From assembly GCA_035516155.1 (NCBI GenBank), contig DATJAP010000001.1, forward strand, positions 120,239 to 184,238: 64,000 nt of DNA, read 5' to 3'. This document shows positions 20,155 to 29,251 of the stretch, piece by piece. This DNA is from Nitrospirota bacterium (GTDB lineage Bacteria > Nitrospirota > UBA9217). Positions within the stretch are counted from its first letter, which is position 1. Each line of letters opens with the position of its first letter. A model generated the notes under the pieces. It was not told the origin of the DNA. It searched no databases and saw only the letters and a list, made by a program, of their open reading frames with translations. Both the position numbers and the translations under genes were made by a program.

Positions 20155-20439
20155 TCAGGCTTGCGGAGGGTGTTCGTCTTGATAGGATATTTCGGAAAGT
20201 TTTAATAGGGGATTTACTATTTCAGAAATATTGTAAAGCTCAAGATGCAAGGGATGACCATAGTATTCGTTTATGCATGGCATGTCGCCGTTTGCCGACA
20301 GTGCAGCCGTTGCCGAGTGACAAATGTCGAGGGCTCCGATCGCCGTCGTCGCTCCATGATCGGACAGAAAAGGCAACGAGGGTGGCGCAATGATACTGAG
20401 GGCGATTGCCAAAAGAACGATTAATGCCTGCCATTTCAT
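20155..20439 (-). CDS. small membrane-anchored or secreted protein, 'LDICH' paralog A (94 aa)
   Basis: I set the start at MKWQ by homology with paralog B. It has an N-terminal hydrophobic helix, the conserved core LDICH(S/T)ATxALSxxGxMP, and the tail (Y/F)Q(D/E)ExPPxA. Confidence 0.65.
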   Translation of the reverse strand: MKWQALIVLLAIALSIIAPPSLPFLSDHGATTAIGALDICHSATAALSANGDMPCINEYYGHPLHLELYNISEIVNPLLKLSEISYQDEHPPQA

Positions 20440-20448
20440 GATTTGAGC

Positions 20449-20477
20449 CTTATTCACAGCGATGAGAACGATGTCAA
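20449..20477 (-). promoter_or_regulatory. promoter candidate for LDICH-A (TTGACA-17 nt-AATAAG), near-leaderless
   Basis: The -35 box is at 20472-20477 and the -10 box at 20449-20454 (minus strand). The ATG lies 9 nt after the -10 box and there is no SD. Confidence 0.35.
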
Positions 20478-20505
20478 ACTCCAGCTCTAACTTTAAAGAT
20501 CTATA

Positions 20506-20540
20506 ATGCCGATTACATTGACAAATATCTCCTGTAATCG
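20506..20540 (-). terminator. perfect 10-bp inverted repeat GCCGATTACA-N15-TGTAATCGGC between the OMP gene and LDICH-A
   Basis: Seen directly, 57 nt after the OMP stop. It could be a terminator or an operator. Confidence 0.35.
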
Positions 20541-20596
20541 GCTTCCCATGAAATCAAGCTACGAATGATACATGGTCTGCCCTCGTTGCGCGGCCT

Positions 20597-21664
20597 TCAG
20601 AATGAATAACGCACTCCTAAGGAAGCCGTGTAACGCGGCGCAAGCTGCACTCCATTAAGATCCTGATAAACAGGAACCTGAACGAAGCCGTATACCGCAA
20701 CCTGCGGACTGATCGACGCAGTGATGCCGGGGCTAATATACAGCAATGTGCCACCAGTATTAACTTGATCCGCATTATCCCCTTCATCATGCACAACGTA
20801 TCGATAATTCAGCTGAACCAAGGGGGAGAAATTTAAAAACCCCGCGTAGAGTAAACCCACGGTAAGGTTGAGTCCTTCACCCGGCTTGTATTGATCTCGT
20901 GAGTCCAGCGCTTTTTGATAGAGCGCCTGGGCGAAGTAGTTCACATTCTGGCTTAGCCCATCGGTATAATATGCGCCAACTATGACATCGGTAGTGCCTG
21001 TCCCGGGTTGAAGACCACGATCAATAGGGACGGGGCCAGGAGCGGTCGGGTCAGTTGACGTCCCGGTATCCGTGTAACTGCCGGTCGGCAGCTTTAGCCC
21101 AAAAAGAACACCAACATTGTGCCGTTGTGTCAACCCCTGATAACGACCCATTACCTTTATATCGCCGAGACTTGAAGTATGTGAGTTGTACTGCCCTCCT
21201 CCGGGCCCCGGGGTATAGCCATCCGATTCGGTCCCGAGTGTGCTGTGGTTCCGATTGATCCAGAGTACTTGGACATTCACTCCCCAATCACGGCCCGTGC
21301 TGTAGTCGATTCCCAGCGTATAATAGTTGTTCACCGTGTATTTCTCGATTTCCTCGGTACCACCTGTTTGGGGATCCGGGAGTTTGCTGGCGGTTGCAGG
21401 ATCAATTGTTTTCGTTCCGCTCCGCAGCTGATCCTGATCAATAAAATCCCAACGAAGATCCATCTTTAGTCCTGGCGTGCACGAGAGCTGTTCGTTTTGC
21501 CAATCGGAATTCAATGTGCAGCCACAACTTGCACAGGCCCTTGCATCTCCTGGAGACAAGAGCACGGTGCTTGCAGCCATAATGGACGCTGCTATGCAGT
21601 TAAACAATGTTCGCACAAATTTCGTTTTCTTAACTTGTTGAGCGAAATGTCTTTTATCTTGCAT
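20597..21664 (-). CDS. outer-membrane beta-barrel protein with an N-terminal CxxCxC motif (MetA-pathway/'transporter' OMP-like)
   Basis: GAGGAG SD and a signal peptide ending ...GDARA. The mature N-terminus is CASCGCTLNSDWQ. Alternating beta-strand pattern, an SLGDIKV motif, and a C-terminal ...GVRYSF. Confidence 0.8.
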   Translation of the reverse strand: MQDKRHFAQQVKKTKFVRTLFNCIAASIMAASTVLLSPGDARACASCGCTLNSDWQNEQLSCTPGLKMDLRWDFIDQDQLRSGTKTIDPATASKLPDPQTGGTEEIEKYTVNNYYTLGIDYSTGRDWGVNVQVLWINRNHSTLGTESDGYTPGPGGGQYNSHTSSLGDIKVMGRYQGLTQRHNVGVLFGLKLPTGSYTDTGTSTDPTAPGPVPIDRGLQPGTGTTDVIVGAYYTDGLSQNVNYFAQALYQKALDSRDQYKPGEGLNLTVGLLYAGFLNFSPLVQLNYRYVVHDEGDNADQVNTGGTLLYISPGITASISPQVAVYGFVQVPVYQDLNGVQLAPRYTASLGVRYSF

Positions 21665-21688
21665 GGTGAAGTCTCCTCTTCAAAAGTT

Positions 21689-22198
21689 TTATTGTTGCTT
21701 CAACAGTTTTTCAATTTCGCCGTCATACATTTGTAAAAATTCCTTGCCGAACCCCATTTGCATATATCGTATTACTCCGTCTTTACCGATAATAAATGCT
21801 GTCGGCAACGTTCTAAAGTTATATTCTTTTCTGATGACGCCCTTTTTGTCGATAAGGATCGTAAACGTAACTGGAACCTTCTGGATAAATTCAGTTAGAA
21901 GACTTTCTGAAGAATCGATATCGATTCCGATTATTTCAAGACCCTCATTGCCATATTTTTTATAGAGTGCGTCGAGAGCCGGAAGTTCTTCCCGGCAGGG
22001 ATCGCACCAGGGCGCCCAGAAGTCCAGGAACACCACCTTGCCTCGAAACTGCTTCAAGGTGACTACTTCGCCGTTCACATCTACGAGGCTGAAGTCCGGC
22101 GCCGATGTTCCGACCTGACCGGCATCCGCAAAAACGGGCACGGTGAGCACCAGCAATAGTGCTATTATGACGATTTTCACTGACTGATCTCCTGTCAT
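21689..22198 (-). CDS. TlpA/ResA-family periplasmic thiol:disulfide oxidoreductase
   Basis: Thioredoxin fold with a WAPWCDPC active site and a signal peptide from MTGDQSVKIV. The start is uncertain (22198, 22213 or 22228). Confidence 0.85.
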   Translation of the reverse strand: MTGDQSVKIVIIALLLVLTVPVFADAGQVGTSAPDFSLVDVNGEVVTLKQFRGKVVFLDFWAPWCDPCREELPALDALYKKYGNEGLEIIGIDIDSSESLLTEFIQKVPVTFTILIDKKGVIRKEYNFRTLPTAFIIGKDGVIRYMQMGFGKEFLQMYDGEIEKLLKQQ

Positions 22199-22434
22199 GC
22201 ATGTAAGATGCATCGCTGCTCGCAGCATAAGAAATGAGCTTCTGTAAGCTTGCTCATTTTAGTGCCGTTTTTAAACCGCATATACAGCTACTCTCCGGGA
22301 ACTCAGAGAAATTCCACTCCAGAAATATCGTATCTCATGGATTGATGATGAATCGGATACTCCCGAAGTGGAGCCGAGCTTTAAAGGAAGGATCGTCTTT
22401 ATGAGAATTATTCTCAGAGAGCAATGCGGACGCA

Positions 22435-22449
22435 TGCGTATATCTGCGC
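22435..22449. promoter_or_regulatory. conserved 15-mer TGCGTATATCTGCGC (reverse complement GCGCAGATATACGCA)
   Basis: Partner of 20074-20088 in inverted orientation. It contains the palindrome ACGCATGCGT. Confidence 0.3.
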
Positions 22450-22501
22450 CTTCCTGCTGCTGGGCAACAAGCTGACTCAATAACTTCGGTTGTGTTGCAG
22501 A

Positions 22502-22786
22502 TCAGGCTTTTGGGGGGCGTTCTTCTTGAAAGGCAATTGTGGCAGGTTTCATGAGGGGCTTTATAATCTTAGAAGTTTCTTGAAGAACCAGGGGAAGAGG
22601 ATAACAAGGGCACTCCTGTATAAAAGGCATGCTTCCCCCTGACGACAGGGCTGGAGTCGCTGTATGGCAGATGTCTAGGGTGACTAGCATTGTGTGCCCG
22701 ACACTGCTGCACGTGAGCGAGAAGGAAGGCGGAATGGCGATGGTGAGGGCGATAGCGAGAAGCACGACGACAGTTTGCCATTTCAT
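22502..22786 (-). CDS. small membrane-anchored or secreted protein, 'LDICH' paralog B (94 aa)
   Basis: About 45% identical to paralog A by eye, with the same length, the same MKWQ start and the same LDICHTAT core. Confidence 0.65.
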   Translation of the reverse strand: MKWQTVVVLLAIALTIAIPPSFSLTCSSVGHTMLVTLDICHTATPALSSGGSMPFIQECPCYPLPLVLQETSKIIKPLMKPATIAFQEERPPKA

Positions 22787-22793
22787 GAAGTTA

Positions 22794-22822
22794 TCTTAAA
22801 TGAAAGGGGCTCACGGTGTCAA
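22794..22822 (-). promoter_or_regulatory. promoter candidate for LDICH-B (TTGACA-17 nt-TTAAGA), leaderless geometry
   Basis: The -35 box is at 22817-22822 and the -10 box at 22794-22799 (minus strand). The ATG begins 7 nt after the -10 box and there is no SD. Confidence 0.4.
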
Positions 22823-23252
22823 CATAAAGTTACAATTTTAGCCGGGTTTTAGTGAAATGAATTCAGTAAATTAACATCGACCTGCTCTTTATGAGGTTGC
22901 TCGTCTTGGCGTATTCTCATTCATCGTTGTGTCCCTTGCTTCTTCTCGGAGCACAACAAAATTGCCTGGCCGACCCAGGCAACGTACTCTGCAGTCCCTA
23001 GTTCTGTACATCAATAGATCTTTCTGAGCCTTTTCTTGAATGACACTGCCTATTTTTTTTAGAACGCAGGTGGAAGAAAAATAACGTGCTTTTGTTAGGA
23101 CTCAAAAATAAGCATCTCCGAACATAAAACAAAAGAATCATTATGGCACCTATCTCCAGAGCCCCGGGTTCTGGCGTACCCTCATAATCAGGCAGCCGAT
23201 GGAAACGCATTGGCGCTGATGAAATTCATCGTTGCGAGAGCACCGCCCGGCG

Positions 23253-24719
23253 TTACGGGCCGACCCTGGTGAGTACATCGGACCGGTTCCACCAGCCGCC
23301 GCCCAACGCCTGGAACAGCGCCGCTGTGTCTGCGTAACGGTTGGCAAGGGACTGCACGAGATTTATCTTCGCCTGTTGATACGCCTGTTCGGCATTCAGC
23401 AGCGCCAAATAGCTGATATCGCCCAACTCCAACTGCTTCTGCGCAATAGTGAGACCTCTGGCGGTAGCACGCTCGGCGGCGGCGGCCGCGTTCAAGGCAT
23501 CCGCATCGCCTTGGACGGCGTGCAGCGTGTCGGCCACGTTCTGGAAAGCAGTGAGCACGGCGCTGCGGTACTGCGCCGCCGCCTGGTCGTAGGCCGCTTC
23601 AGCGGCACGCTGCCGGTGCAGCAATGTGCCCCCCTGAAAGATTGGCTGCGTCAGATTTGCCGCCAAAGCCCAGAAGCCGGTGCCGGAGTTGAACAACTGA
23701 TTGATCGCGGTGGCGCTGGAGCCCAAATTGGCGCTCAGGGTAATGTTCGGCAGCCGATTGGCGATGTTGACGCCGATCTCTGCGCTGGCAGAGTGCAATT
23801 GCTCTTCGGCTGAGCGTACGTCCGGTCGTTGCTCCACGAGTTTGGAGGGAAGGCTCACGGGAAGCTCGTCGGGCAATTGCAACGATGAGAGTTCGAATTC
23901 CTCGGTGAGTGTCTCACTTGGGAAGCGTCCGGCAAGGCGCGCCAGCAAATCGCGTTGTTGCGCCAGCTGTTTTTCCAGCGGCGGCAGCATGGCCTGCGTT
24001 TGTGCCAGCGCCGCTTCCTGCGCTACCACGTCTAAAGTTGCAATCTGGCCAAGCTCATATTGACGTCTCAGCAATGCAAGAGATTTGTTCTGAATATCTG
24101 TGATCTTCCTGGTTGCCTCGATCTGCCCTCGTAAAGCCGCCTCTTCTACCGCTGCGGCGACCACATTGGAGGTCAGCGTCAGGTAAACAGCTTCGAGCTG
24201 AAAGCGTTGAGAGTCGGCCTGCGCTTTCAGCGATTCCACCTCACGTCGAGTGCCGCCGAACACATCCGGCGCATAGGCCACGGCAACTTGAGCGGTATGA
24301 AGGCTATAGATGTTATTGCCGTTTGCCAACGCACTGGACAACACTCCGGCAGTCTTTTGACGCGTTGGATTGAAGCTGGCATCTACGCTGGGAAAGAACG
24401 CACCCTGCTGTGCATAGACGTTTTCCCAGGCGCCGCGCAGTGCGGCTTGGGCGGCTTCCAGGTCGGGATTGGACTTGAGCGCTTGTGAAATCAACTCGTT
24501 GAGCGGTTTTGAATGAAACAGTGTCCACCATTGACCGGGGATGTCCATGTTCTGCACGAAGCGCTGCGCCTCGCCTCCCTTGACCTCGACCGATGCCGTT
24601 TGTGCAGGCAGTAGCTGCTGAGTGTAGCGATCGACCGTGGGCGCGGTCGGGCGCTGGAAATCCGGTCCAACAGCACACCCGGCCAGGAAAATACATAAGA
24701 TGATTATTGGTCTATACAT
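23253..24719 (-). CDS. RND efflux outer-membrane factor lipoprotein (NodT family)
   Basis: GGAGG lies 7 nt before the ATG at 24719. Lipobox FLAGC. The protein shows the duplicated TolC-like helical/barrel repeat pattern. Confidence 0.9.
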   Translation of the reverse strand: MYRPIIILCIFLAGCAVGPDFQRPTAPTVDRYTQQLLPAQTASVEVKGGEAQRFVQNMDIPGQWWTLFHSKPLNELISQALKSNPDLEAAQAALRGAWENVYAQQGAFFPSVDASFNPTRQKTAGVLSSALANGNNIYSLHTAQVAVAYAPDVFGGTRREVESLKAQADSQRFQLEAVYLTLTSNVVAAAVEEAALRGQIEATRKITDIQNKSLALLRRQYELGQIATLDVVAQEAALAQTQAMLPPLEKQLAQQRDLLARLAGRFPSETLTEEFELSSLQLPDELPVSLPSKLVEQRPDVRSAEEQLHSASAEIGVNIANRLPNITLSANLGSSATAINQLFNSGTGFWALAANLTQPIFQGGTLLHRQRAAEAAYDQAAAQYRSAVLTAFQNVADTLHAVQGDADALNAAAAAERATARGLTIAQKQLELGDISYLALLNAEQAYQQAKINLVQSLANRYADTAALFQALGGGWWNRSDVLTRVGP

Positions 24720-24721
24720 GA

Positions 24722-27700
24722 TCATTCCTCCTTTCCCAGCGCTTGGGGCTGTGTGGTTTGACGATGTTCCACCCATCTTTCCAGGGCGAAGTAGTAGGTC
24801 GGCAGAATAAACAGCGTGAGCAGGGTGGCAAAACCCAGACCGCCTACCACAACAGTGGCGAGGGCGCGCTGCACATCGGTGCCGATGCCGGTGGCCAATG
24901 CCGCGGGCAGCATACCCACCGTCGCCACAGTGGCGGTCATGAGCACCGGCCTGAAACGCTCGACCGCACCAGACACTACGGCATCGCGCAACGCTATCCC
25001 CTGCTCGCGCATCCGGTTGATGTTGGCAGCCAAGATGATGCCGTTTTGCACTGCCACGCCGAATAGCGCGATGAAGCCGACAGCGCTGGCTACATTCAGC
25101 GTCTCGCCAGTGATGTGGAGCGAGATCAGGCCTCCCAGAGTCGCCAGCGGCACCACCGCGAGGATCAAGACCGTCTGACGCATCTTGCCGAATTCGGCGA
25201 ACAGGAAAATGGTCATGAGCGCCAGCACGATACCCATGATCAACGTCAATCGTGCTTGTGCGCGCTGCTGGTTCTCGAATTCACCGCCCCATTCAAGGCG
25301 ATATTTCGTGTGGTCGAAGCTCACCGACTGGGCAATCTTGCGCTGTGCATCCTCCAGGTAATCGGACAGGGCACGGTCCCTATTGTCGATTCGTACGAGC
25401 AGTGCGCGGTGGCCCATCTCGTGCGTGATGTCGCTTTCGCCGCTCTGCAGCTTGATCTGGGCAACCTGGGAAAGCGGGATCTGCGCACCCCCCGCGGTGT
25501 TCAGCGTTAGATTGCCCAATGCCTCCGGACTATTGCGGGTATTTTCCGGGAACCGCACGGTAACGTTGTACGTCCGGTCTGCCACATAGACTGTGCTGAC
25601 CGGTGCGCCGCCAACCCCGGTCTGGATCAGGTTGGTGATATCTGATACGTTGATGCCGTAGCGGGCAGCCGCTTCGCGGTCGATGTTGATGGCGATCTGG
25701 GGAATCGGAGGCTCCTGAAAGACAGAGGCGTCCGCCGTGCCCCGGATGCCGTGCAGTATGTTAACGATCTCTCCCCCAATGCGACGCAACTCATTGAGAT
25801 CGTCGCCAATAATGCGGATGACCAGCGGGCTGTGCGAGCCACCGATCGCATCGTAGACCATATCGATGATTGGCTGGCTGATGCCGATCTCGAATCCCGG
25901 CAGCTGCTGAAGGCGGGCGTTGAGTCGGCGAAGAAACTCCGCCCTGGTCTCGCCCCTGGGCCACGTGTTGTACGGTTTCAGGCCGACAGGCGCTTCGATG
26001 TGGGAAGGCGTCCACGGGTCGGTTCCATCATCGCTGCGTCCGAGCTGGGTGATGGCATAAGATACTTCGGGAAATTCAAGGAGCGTGCGCCTTAGTTCCC
26101 CGGCCATTTCGCTCGCCTTGTCGAGCGACAGGCCGGCCGGCAATTGCACCTGCAGCCACAAGGCGCCCTCATCCAGTTCGGGCAGGAATTCCCGGCCGAT
26201 AGTCATGCCCAGCCCGATGACGGCTATCAGCGCCGCGCCACCTATTATGTATGCAATTTTCGGAACGGCCAGCATACGTTCCAATAGCAAACGGAAGCCG
26301 TTCTGCAGCCACTGAAGCGGCTGATTGTGGAAGGCCGGCCGGGGTTTACGGAAGGCCATGTAGGCCAAGCCGGGAACCAGGGTAAAAGTGCACAGGAGTG
26401 CGCCGAACAGGGCATAACCCACCGTATAGGCCATTGGCGAGAACAGCTTGGCTTCGGCCCGCTCGAACGAAAACAGCGGCAGGTAGGCTGTGATGATGAT
26501 AAGGGTGGCAAAGAAAATCGGCCGCGCAACCTGTGTCGTTGTATTAAACACATCCTGCTCCCTCAAGGTAGCGGAGGGCTCCGCCTCCCGCCTTCGCAGT
26601 ACGGCCTCGGTCACTACAATAGCACCATCCACAACAATGCCGAAATCGATCGCACCAAGTGAGAACAGGTTGGCAGGCATCTTTGTGAAGTGCATTACGA
26701 TAAAGACGATCACGAGGGCGAAGGGGATGGTAACCGCCGCGATCAAAGCGCTGCGCGGGCTGCCGAGGAACAGAATCAGCACAATACATACCAGTCCGAT
26801 GCCTTCCAGGACGGTATGCGATACCCTGTGTACCGTCTCCTGCACCAGGTCGTCCCTGTCGATATAGGGAACGATGTGCACATCCATAGGCCCGAGTTGC
26901 TTGCTCAGTTCTGCAACTTTGGCATGGATTCCTTTCAGGACTTCTGAGGGATTTTGGTACTTGAGCAGGTCCACGATGCCTTCTATGGTGTCCGGATTGT
27001 TGTCCTTGCCGAGAATGCCCTCGCGCTCCTGGTGACTGTATGTCGTCCTGCCGAGATCGCGCACCAGGAACGGCACGCCGTTTCGCTGAGTGACGACGAT
27101 ATTGCCAAGATCGCCCAGGGTACGTACCATGCCGATACCGCGGATAACATAGCCCTGTTCCCCGCGCGAGATGCGGCTGCCGCCGGCATTCGAGCTGTTG
27201 TTGTCGATAGCCGTGACCACGTCGTTGAGACCGATGCCGTATCGCTGTAGCTGGACCGGATCAAGCTCAACTTGATATTGCATGGTGAAACCGCCGAAGT
27301 TGTCGACGTTGACGACGCCAGGCACCTGCTCCAGTGCCGGGATAACAATCCAGCGCTGGATTTCCGAAAGTTCCATCAGGTTCTTGGTAGCAGACTCCAG
27401 GGTGTAGCGGTAGATTTCACCAACCGGACCTGTTAACGAATCGAGGCCCGGCTGGATGCCGGCAGGCAGGCTGACCTGATTGATCCGCTCCATGATGCGC
27501 TGACGCGACCAGTAGTCTTCGGCGCCGTCGCGAAACACCAAGGTAATGAGAGAAAGACCGAATGTGCTGCTCGAACGCATGGAATCAAGCCCGGGGGTAC
27601 CGGCCAGCGCACGCTCTAGTGGGATTGTGATCTGTTGCTCCACCTCTTCGGCGGCGAGGCCGGGCACCTGGGTGACAACCTGCGTGGTGACATCACCGAT

Positions 27701-27823
27701 TTCCGGATATGCCTCAACCGACATTTTTGTCCACGAGTAATAGCCGAAAACGGCGAGCAGGATCGCCACCATAAGTGCAACGTACCGCTTGTGAAGGCAG
27801 ATGCTAATGATTCGATTAATCAT
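24722..27823 (-). CDS. heavy-metal-efflux RND pump (CzcA/CusA family)
   Basis: 1033 aa. The N-terminus MINRIISICL... resembles CzcA/CusA. TM4 carries AIDFGIVVDGAIVVTEA, the DFG..DGA..E proton-relay pattern. Confidence 0.95.
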   Translation of the reverse strand: MINRIISICLHKRYVALMVAILLAVFGYYSWTKMSVEAYPEIGDVTTQVVTQVPGLAAEEVEQQITIPLERALAGTPGLDSMRSSSTFGLSLITLVFRDGAEDYWSRQRIMERINQVSLPAGIQPGLDSLTGPVGEIYRYTLESATKNLMELSEIQRWIVIPALEQVPGVVNVDNFGGFTMQYQVELDPVQLQRYGIGLNDVVTAIDNNSSNAGGSRISRGEQGYVIRGIGMVRTLGDLGNIVVTQRNGVPFLVRDLGRTTYSHQEREGILGKDNNPDTIEGIVDLLKYQNPSEVLKGIHAKVAELSKQLGPMDVHIVPYIDRDDLVQETVHRVSHTVLEGIGLVCIVLILFLGSPRSALIAAVTIPFALVIVFIVMHFTKMPANLFSLGAIDFGIVVDGAIVVTEAVLRRREAEPSATLREQDVFNTTTQVARPIFFATLIIITAYLPLFSFERAEAKLFSPMAYTVGYALFGALLCTFTLVPGLAYMAFRKPRPAFHNQPLQWLQNGFRLLLERMLAVPKIAYIIGGAALIAVIGLGMTIGREFLPELDEGALWLQVQLPAGLSLDKASEMAGELRRTLLEFPEVSYAITQLGRSDDGTDPWTPSHIEAPVGLKPYNTWPRGETRAEFLRRLNARLQQLPGFEIGISQPIIDMVYDAIGGSHSPLVIRIIGDDLNELRRIGGEIVNILHGIRGTADASVFQEPPIPQIAINIDREAAARYGINVSDITNLIQTGVGGAPVSTVYVADRTYNVTVRFPENTRNSPEALGNLTLNTAGGAQIPLSQVAQIKLQSGESDITHEMGHRALLVRIDNRDRALSDYLEDAQRKIAQSVSFDHTKYRLEWGGEFENQQRAQARLTLIMGIVLALMTIFLFAEFGKMRQTVLILAVVPLATLGGLISLHITGETLNVASAVGFIALFGVAVQNGIILAANINRMREQGIALRDAVVSGAVERFRPVLMTATVATVGMLPAALATGIGTDVQRALATVVVGGLGFATLLTLFILPTYYFALERWVEHRQTTQPQALGKEE

Positions 27824-28979
27824 TGAGCAGCACCCCCCCCTTGACGATGATGCGGTCGCCGGGATTCAACCCCTGGTCAATGCGGGCACCATCGCCCTCT
27901 CCAAAGCCGGGAACGACCGGGCGCTTGATGAAAGTCCAGGGTGCAACCTCGACAAAAACGACGGTGTTGTCGTTATTCATGAGCAGCGCTGAATTCGGCA
28001 CGAACACCGCGGATTTCTGAGGTAGTTTGAGGCTCACAGTGGCAAACATATTGGGCTTGAACTTGCCGTCAGGATTGGAGAAAACTATCCTCACCTTGTT
28101 GCGGCGCGTGTCCGGATCCACCACATCGCTTACGAACGCGACAGTGCCGTGAAAGATCTGTCCCGGGTAGGCTGCGAAGGATACGTCGACGGACTGCCCT
28201 CTGGCAATGCGGGCGATGTCAATCTCCGGCACGTTCGCCGTTACCCAAACCGAACCGAGGTTTGCAATCACCATAAGGGAAGCTGTCAGATCGTTGACGA
28301 ACGCGCCAGGCGCGGTCATGAGTGCAGTGACGCTTCCGGTCATTGGCGCAGTTAGTGTCAGGAGGCGTGACCCGTCTTTCGACTGAGACGGTACGCCGAT
28401 TTGTTTGAGCCGCGCTTCGGCGCGGTTGAACTCGGCCTTGGCTTGGGCATAATCGCTTTCGGCCTGCTCCAGGTCCTTGAGGGCACCGGCGCCGGCTTCG
28501 TGCAGGCCATGTACGCGCTCCAGCGTGTGCTCAGCATGTTGCAGTGCGTCTCGCGCCTTGTCGTCATCAGCATACGCCTGCGCAAGATCGCCCGATTCGA
28601 TCACGGCAAGCGGCTGGCCTTTTACAACATGGTCGCCCAGCCTGACTCCGAGCTTGACCACTCTGCCAGCCACTGGTGGCAGAATGTTGACCGTGCGTGC
28701 GGGGTCAGCCTCCACCACGGCCGGCGACACGAGCATGTGGGGGCTATCAGTTACGGCGACCTGTTGCACGAGCAAACGTGAACGCAGTGCAGAAACCTGG
28801 GGTATGATGAATTTGTCGCCTTGACGGACGAGAGCGGGCGGTGCAGTCTCCTGCACGGCAGCGTGACTGGACGAGTGGAACAAGTGTGTGCCGAACTCAA
28901 TGCCCAGCACAAAAAACATAATCGCGACGCCTATGAAAGCGAAGCGCTTTTGCCGTGCATGGTCATTTACAATAGACAT
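27816..28979 (-). CDS. RND periplasmic adaptor (membrane fusion protein, CzcB/CusB-like)
   Basis: It has an N-terminal anchor, lipoyl/hairpin/beta-barrel segments (GDHVVKGQPLAVIES, LTAPMTGSV), and an 8-nt overlap with the pump gene. Confidence 0.9.
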   Translation of the reverse strand: MSIVNDHARQKRFAFIGVAIMFFVLGIEFGTHLFHSSSHAAVQETAPPALVRQGDKFIIPQVSALRSRLLVQQVAVTDSPHMLVSPAVVEADPARTVNILPPVAGRVVKLGVRLGDHVVKGQPLAVIESGDLAQAYADDDKARDALQHAEHTLERVHGLHEAGAGALKDLEQAESDYAQAKAEFNRAEARLKQIGVPSQSKDGSRLLTLTAPMTGSVTALMTAPGAFVNDLTASLMVIANLGSVWVTANVPEIDIARIARGQSVDVSFAAYPGQIFHGTVAFVSDVVDPDTRRNKVRIVFSNPDGKFKPNMFATVSLKLPQKSAVFVPNSALLMNNDNTVVFVEVAPWTFIKRPVVPGFGEGDGARIDQGLNPGDRIIVKGGVLLND

Positions 28980-29251
28980 GCAATACCTCCAAAATCAGGA
29001 CGGGCCTGTAATTATAAATTCTGAAGTCAAAAAATCCATGAGCGTTGCATTCAGATTTCATTTCATTCACTGACAGGGAATGCCGATCTTGATTTCTGTG
29101 AATTCAATCACGCCATGGATAGAGCTCATGGCCGTACGCGTGATATGCTGGACTGTCCCCTTGTTTGCATCATGTCCGTGCTTACCGTTTATTTCGAGCT
29201 GGTGCTTTCCCTTGCCCTATGTGCTGGCTCGCGTCGTCCATAATGATCGTG

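Larger units (their letters stand above)
20014..20477 (-). repeat. segmental duplication copy A (promoter, 94-aa LDICH gene, about 140 nt of 3' flank)
   Basis: It aligns with 22354-22822. Shared elements are the flank CGGATA..CCGAAG.GGAGCCGA..TAAAGG.AGGA, the motif GCGCA(A/G)ATATACGCA (inverted in the other copy), the coding region, and a TTGACA box. Confidence 0.6.
22354..22822 (-). repeat. segmental duplication copy B (promoter, 94-aa LDICH gene, 3' flank)
   Basis: See copy A at 20014-20477. Confidence 0.6.

Noticed and set aside
20052-20393. 113-aa plus-strand ORF with an apparently strong GGGGAGG box
   Set aside because: It is antisense to LDICH-A. The SD-to-ATG spacing is only about 1 nt, and the equivalent frame in duplication copy B stops after 24 codons. 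The box is part of the conserved duplicated flank.
23232-28824. Numerous 60-190-aa ORFs on the plus strand and in alternative minus-strand frames within the RND operon
   Set aside because: They are shadow ORFs inside the well-supported OMF, pump and MFP genes.
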